42,765 nucleotides of DNA from a virus. Shown in pieces: positions 40,880-42,765 of this stretch. Location of the stretch: positions 1 to 42,765 of IMG/VR virus record IMGVR_UViG_3300045988_007228, one strand, 5' to 3'. The notes under the pieces were generated by a model. That model was not told where the DNA came from, searched no databases, and saw only the letters and a program-made list of their open reading frames with translations. Position numbers and translations under genes: made by a program. Each line of letters starts with the position of its first letter. Positions within the stretch are counted from its first letter, which is position 1.

Positions 40880-40908
40880 ATTATAACGCTCATTGAGCGC
40901 AATGTCAA
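40880..40908 (-). promoter_or_regulatory. Consensus sigma-A-type promoter of the antisense operon
   Basis: On the minus strand: TTGACA (40908-40903), exactly 17 nt, TATAAT (40885-40880). Confidence 0.7.
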
Positions 40909-40925
40909 TAGTTTTTGCGCTCAAT
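40887..40925. repeat. Operator-like palindromes overlapping that promoter
   Basis: CGCTCA-t-TGAGCG (40887-40899) lies in the promoter spacer. An 11-bp inverted repeat ATTGAGCGCAA (40892-40902) / TTGCGCTCAAT (40915-40925) brackets the -35 element. Confidence 0.7.
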
Positions 40926-40935
40926 CGGCGTAAAA

Positions 40936-40982
40936 AGATGCACAAAAAATGGTTCGGAAGTTGTGCAAGATGCAGAAAATGC
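40936..40982 (+). repeat. Direct repeat AGATGCA(C/G)AAAA(AA)TG x2 upstream of terS (late-promoter/activator site or pac-related candidate)
   Basis: Copies at 40936-40952 and 40968-40982, 32 bp apart. No good -10/-35 pair for terS is nearby. Confidence 0.4.
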
Positions 40983-41035
40983 TGGGATAGATAAGTGCGG
41001 GCGGCCTGGTGTACGATGGACGCGGAGGTGCAGGG

Positions 41036-41668
41036 ATGGTGTACCAGGACTGGGATGCTTTAAAAATGGAATATGTTACCACGAAGACGACCTATGCGAA
41101 GCTGGCCGAAAAGTACGGCATCAGCATCAGCCAGATCAAAATCGTGGCTGCACGTGATGGGTGGACAAATGAGCGAAAAAAGTTCACCGCACGCGTACAA
41201 CAAAAGGCGTACCGGAAGGCGTGTAACCACGAGGCCGACCGGCTCGCGCGTCTGATCACAGCCACCACGGGCGCGATCGACGTGGCGATGCGCGCGATCG
41301 GCGACGACGAGCAGTTTAACCGCTACCTGGTTGAGCGGCGGGAGAAGTATGCCGTGCCGGTGACGGACGAGGCCGCCGAAGACGGCGAGCTGCCGCCGGA
41401 CGGGAAGCTGCTGCTGGAGCGGCAGTGGACGGAGGAGCAGACATACCAGAAGGTGGACACGAAGGCGCTGAAGGACCTGACGGGCGTGCTGAAGGACCTG
41501 ACGGGGCTGGTGCGCGATCTGTACGGCATCCCGACGCAGGCGCAGGCCGAGGCGCAGCGCATCGCGGCTGAGCGGCTGGAGCTTGATCGCAAAAAGGCCG
41601 AGGACGGCAGCACGGACACGCACGCGGAGCTGGAGATCGTGGGTCTGCCGGAGGAGTACAAGCGATGA
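41036..41668 (+). CDS. terS: Terminase small subunit
   Basis: GGAGGTG 5 nt before ATG 41036. N-terminal HTH-like YVTTKTTYAKLAEKYGISISQIKIVAARDGW. ATGA-coupled to terL. Confidence 0.75.
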   Translation: MVYQDWDALKMEYVTTKTTYAKLAEKYGISISQIKIVAARDGWTNERKKFTARVQQKAYRKACNHEADRLARLITATTGAIDVAMRAIGDDEQFNRYLVERREKYAVPVTDEAAEDGELPPDGKLLLERQWTEEQTYQKVDTKALKDLTGVLKDLTGLVRDLYGIPTQAQAEAQRIAAERLELDRKKAEDGSTDTHAELEIVGLPEEYKR

Positions 41669-42765
41669 TACTGATCGATGCAAGCAAGATCAGCGACAAG
41701 CAGGACGCATTTTTGCGCGACGAGCACCGGCACGTGGCCTATGGCGGCGCGCGCGGCGGTGGCAAGAGCTGGGCCGTGCGCACCAAGGCCAAGATCCTGG
41801 GCTGCACGTACCCTGGCATCAAGATGCTGATCGTCCGGCGCACGCTCGATGAGCTGCGCAACAACCACGTAAAATTTCTGACGCCGGAGCTCGCGGGCGT
41901 GGCGAAGTACAATCAGTCGACGAAGGAGTATAAATTCGTCAACGGGAGCACGCTGACGCTGGGATACTGCGACGCCGAGAAGGATCTGGGCCACTATCAG
42001 GGCGCGGAGTACGACGTGGCATTTTTGGATGAAGCCGGGCAGCTGCTGCCGGAGTGGATCCGCGAGATCAACGCGTGCGTGCGAGGCACGAACGGATACC
42101 CGAAGCGGACATACTACACGCTCAACCCAGGCGGGCCGGCGCACGGATACTTCAAGCGCCTGTTCGTCGACCGGCGCTTCGAGGATGCCGAGCGGCCGGA
42201 GGACTACAGCTTCATCCAGGCTCTGGTGACGGACAACCGCGCGCTGATGGAGGCGCAGCCGGAGTACATCGCCGAGCTGCGCAAGCTGCCGCCGAAGCTG
42301 CGCGCGGCATGGCTGGAGGGCTCGTGGGATATTTTCGAGGGGCAGTTTTTTGAGGACTTCCGCACGGTGCCGGATCTGATGGCGGCGCACGAGGCGGGCG
42401 TGGACGCGGACCCGGAGGAGCTGCGGGCGCAGCACAGGTGGTGCCACGTGATCAAGCCCTTCGACCTCGCGGCCGGAGCGTGCCGGGGATGGCACATCCT
42501 GCGCAGCTACGACTTCGGCTACGGCAAGCCGTTTTCCTGCGCGTGGTGGGCGATGGACTACGACGGCGTGCTGTACCGCATCCTGGAGCTGTACGGCTGC
42601 ACGGAGACACCGAACGAAGGCGTGAAGTGGTCGCCGGACGAGCAGTTTAAGCGCATCGCGGAGATTGAGGATACGCACCCATGGCTGAAGGGCCGGAAGA
42701 TCACGGGCGTAGCGGACCCGGCCATCTGGGACGCATCGCGCGGCGAGAGCATCGCGGACACGGCG
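41665..42765 (+). CDS. terL: Terminase large subunit, N-terminal part (runs off the window end; continues at base 2)
   Basis: My translation: MILIDASKISDKQDAFLRDEHRHVAYGGARGGGKSWAVR... (Walker A) ...YDVAFLDEAG (Walker B). No stop before the window end, so it is absent from the ORF track. Confidence 0.9.
   Translation, partial: MILIDASKISDKQDAFLRDEHRHVAYGGARGGGKSWAVRTKAKILGCTYPGIKMLIVRRTLDELRNNHVKFLTPELAGVAKYNQSTKEYKFVNGSTLTLGYCDAEKDLGHYQGAEYDVAFLDEAGQLLPEWIREINACVRGTNGYPKRTYYTLNPGGPAHGYFKRLFVDRRFEDAERPEDYSFIQALVTDNRALMEAQPEYIAELRKLPPKLRAAWLEGSWDIFEGQFFEDFRTVPDLMAAHEAGVDADPEELRAQHRWCHVIKPFDLAAGACRGWHILRSYDFGYGKPFSCAWWAMDYDGVLYRILELYGCTETPNEGVKWSPDEQFKRIAEIEDTHPWLKGRKITGVADPAIWDASRGESIADTA
42711..42765. 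repeat. 55-bp terminal direct repeat, copy 2
   Basis: Identical to bases 1-55. Confidence 0.9.

Noticed and set aside
1-42765. Search for an integrase, recombinase, transposase, partition genes, reverse transcriptase/DGR or known multi-gene defence systems.
   Set aside because: No ORF shows tyrosine or serine recombinase, DDE, ParA/ParB or RT motifs by eye. Their absence is treated as an observation about lifestyle, not as a feature.

Overview
The window is a complete, circularly closed dsDNA phage genome of about 42.71 kb unique sequence. The first and last 55 bases are identical, and the large-terminase ORF reads straight through that junction. Composition is high-GC (roughly 60 percent by eye, with very GC-rich third codon positions). 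Expression signals look Firmicutes/Clostridia-like: strong GGAGG ribosome-binding sites, TTGACA-17-TATAAT promoters and a Prp-type capsid protease.

Almost everything is on the + strand, in this order:
- Terminase small and large subunits, portal, Prp protease, scaffold and major capsid.
- A short podovirus-like tail/ejection block dominated by one 3,595-codon ORF, a quarter of the genome.
- A fibre with a collagen-like stalk and an SGNH-esterase domain, then amidase endolysin and holin.
- A compositionally foreign cassette: tRNA-Pro(GGG) on the - strand and a secreted 761-aa repeat protein.
- A decayed genetic switch: a 20-codon stump of an XRE-type repressor. I found no integrase anywhere.
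- An early operon: circularly permuted C5 DNA methyltransferase, YqaJ-type exonuclease, RecT, SSB, an initiator-like gene with internal iterons, ASCH, RusA and many small Cys-rich ORFs.
- A five-gene minus-strand operon of unknown function, under a consensus promoter with a palindromic operator.

I saw no rRNA, CRISPR array, transposase or integrase.

The most unusual observations are:
1. An out-of-frame 64-codon gene with its own Shine-Dalgarno, nested in the giant ORF.
2. The permuted methyltransferase, which also carries a 153-codon alternative-frame ORF and two G7 tracts.
3. The unknown antisense operon.
4. The lysogeny module apparently replaced by host-like DNA.

All family names come from motif recognition by eye. 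No searches were run.
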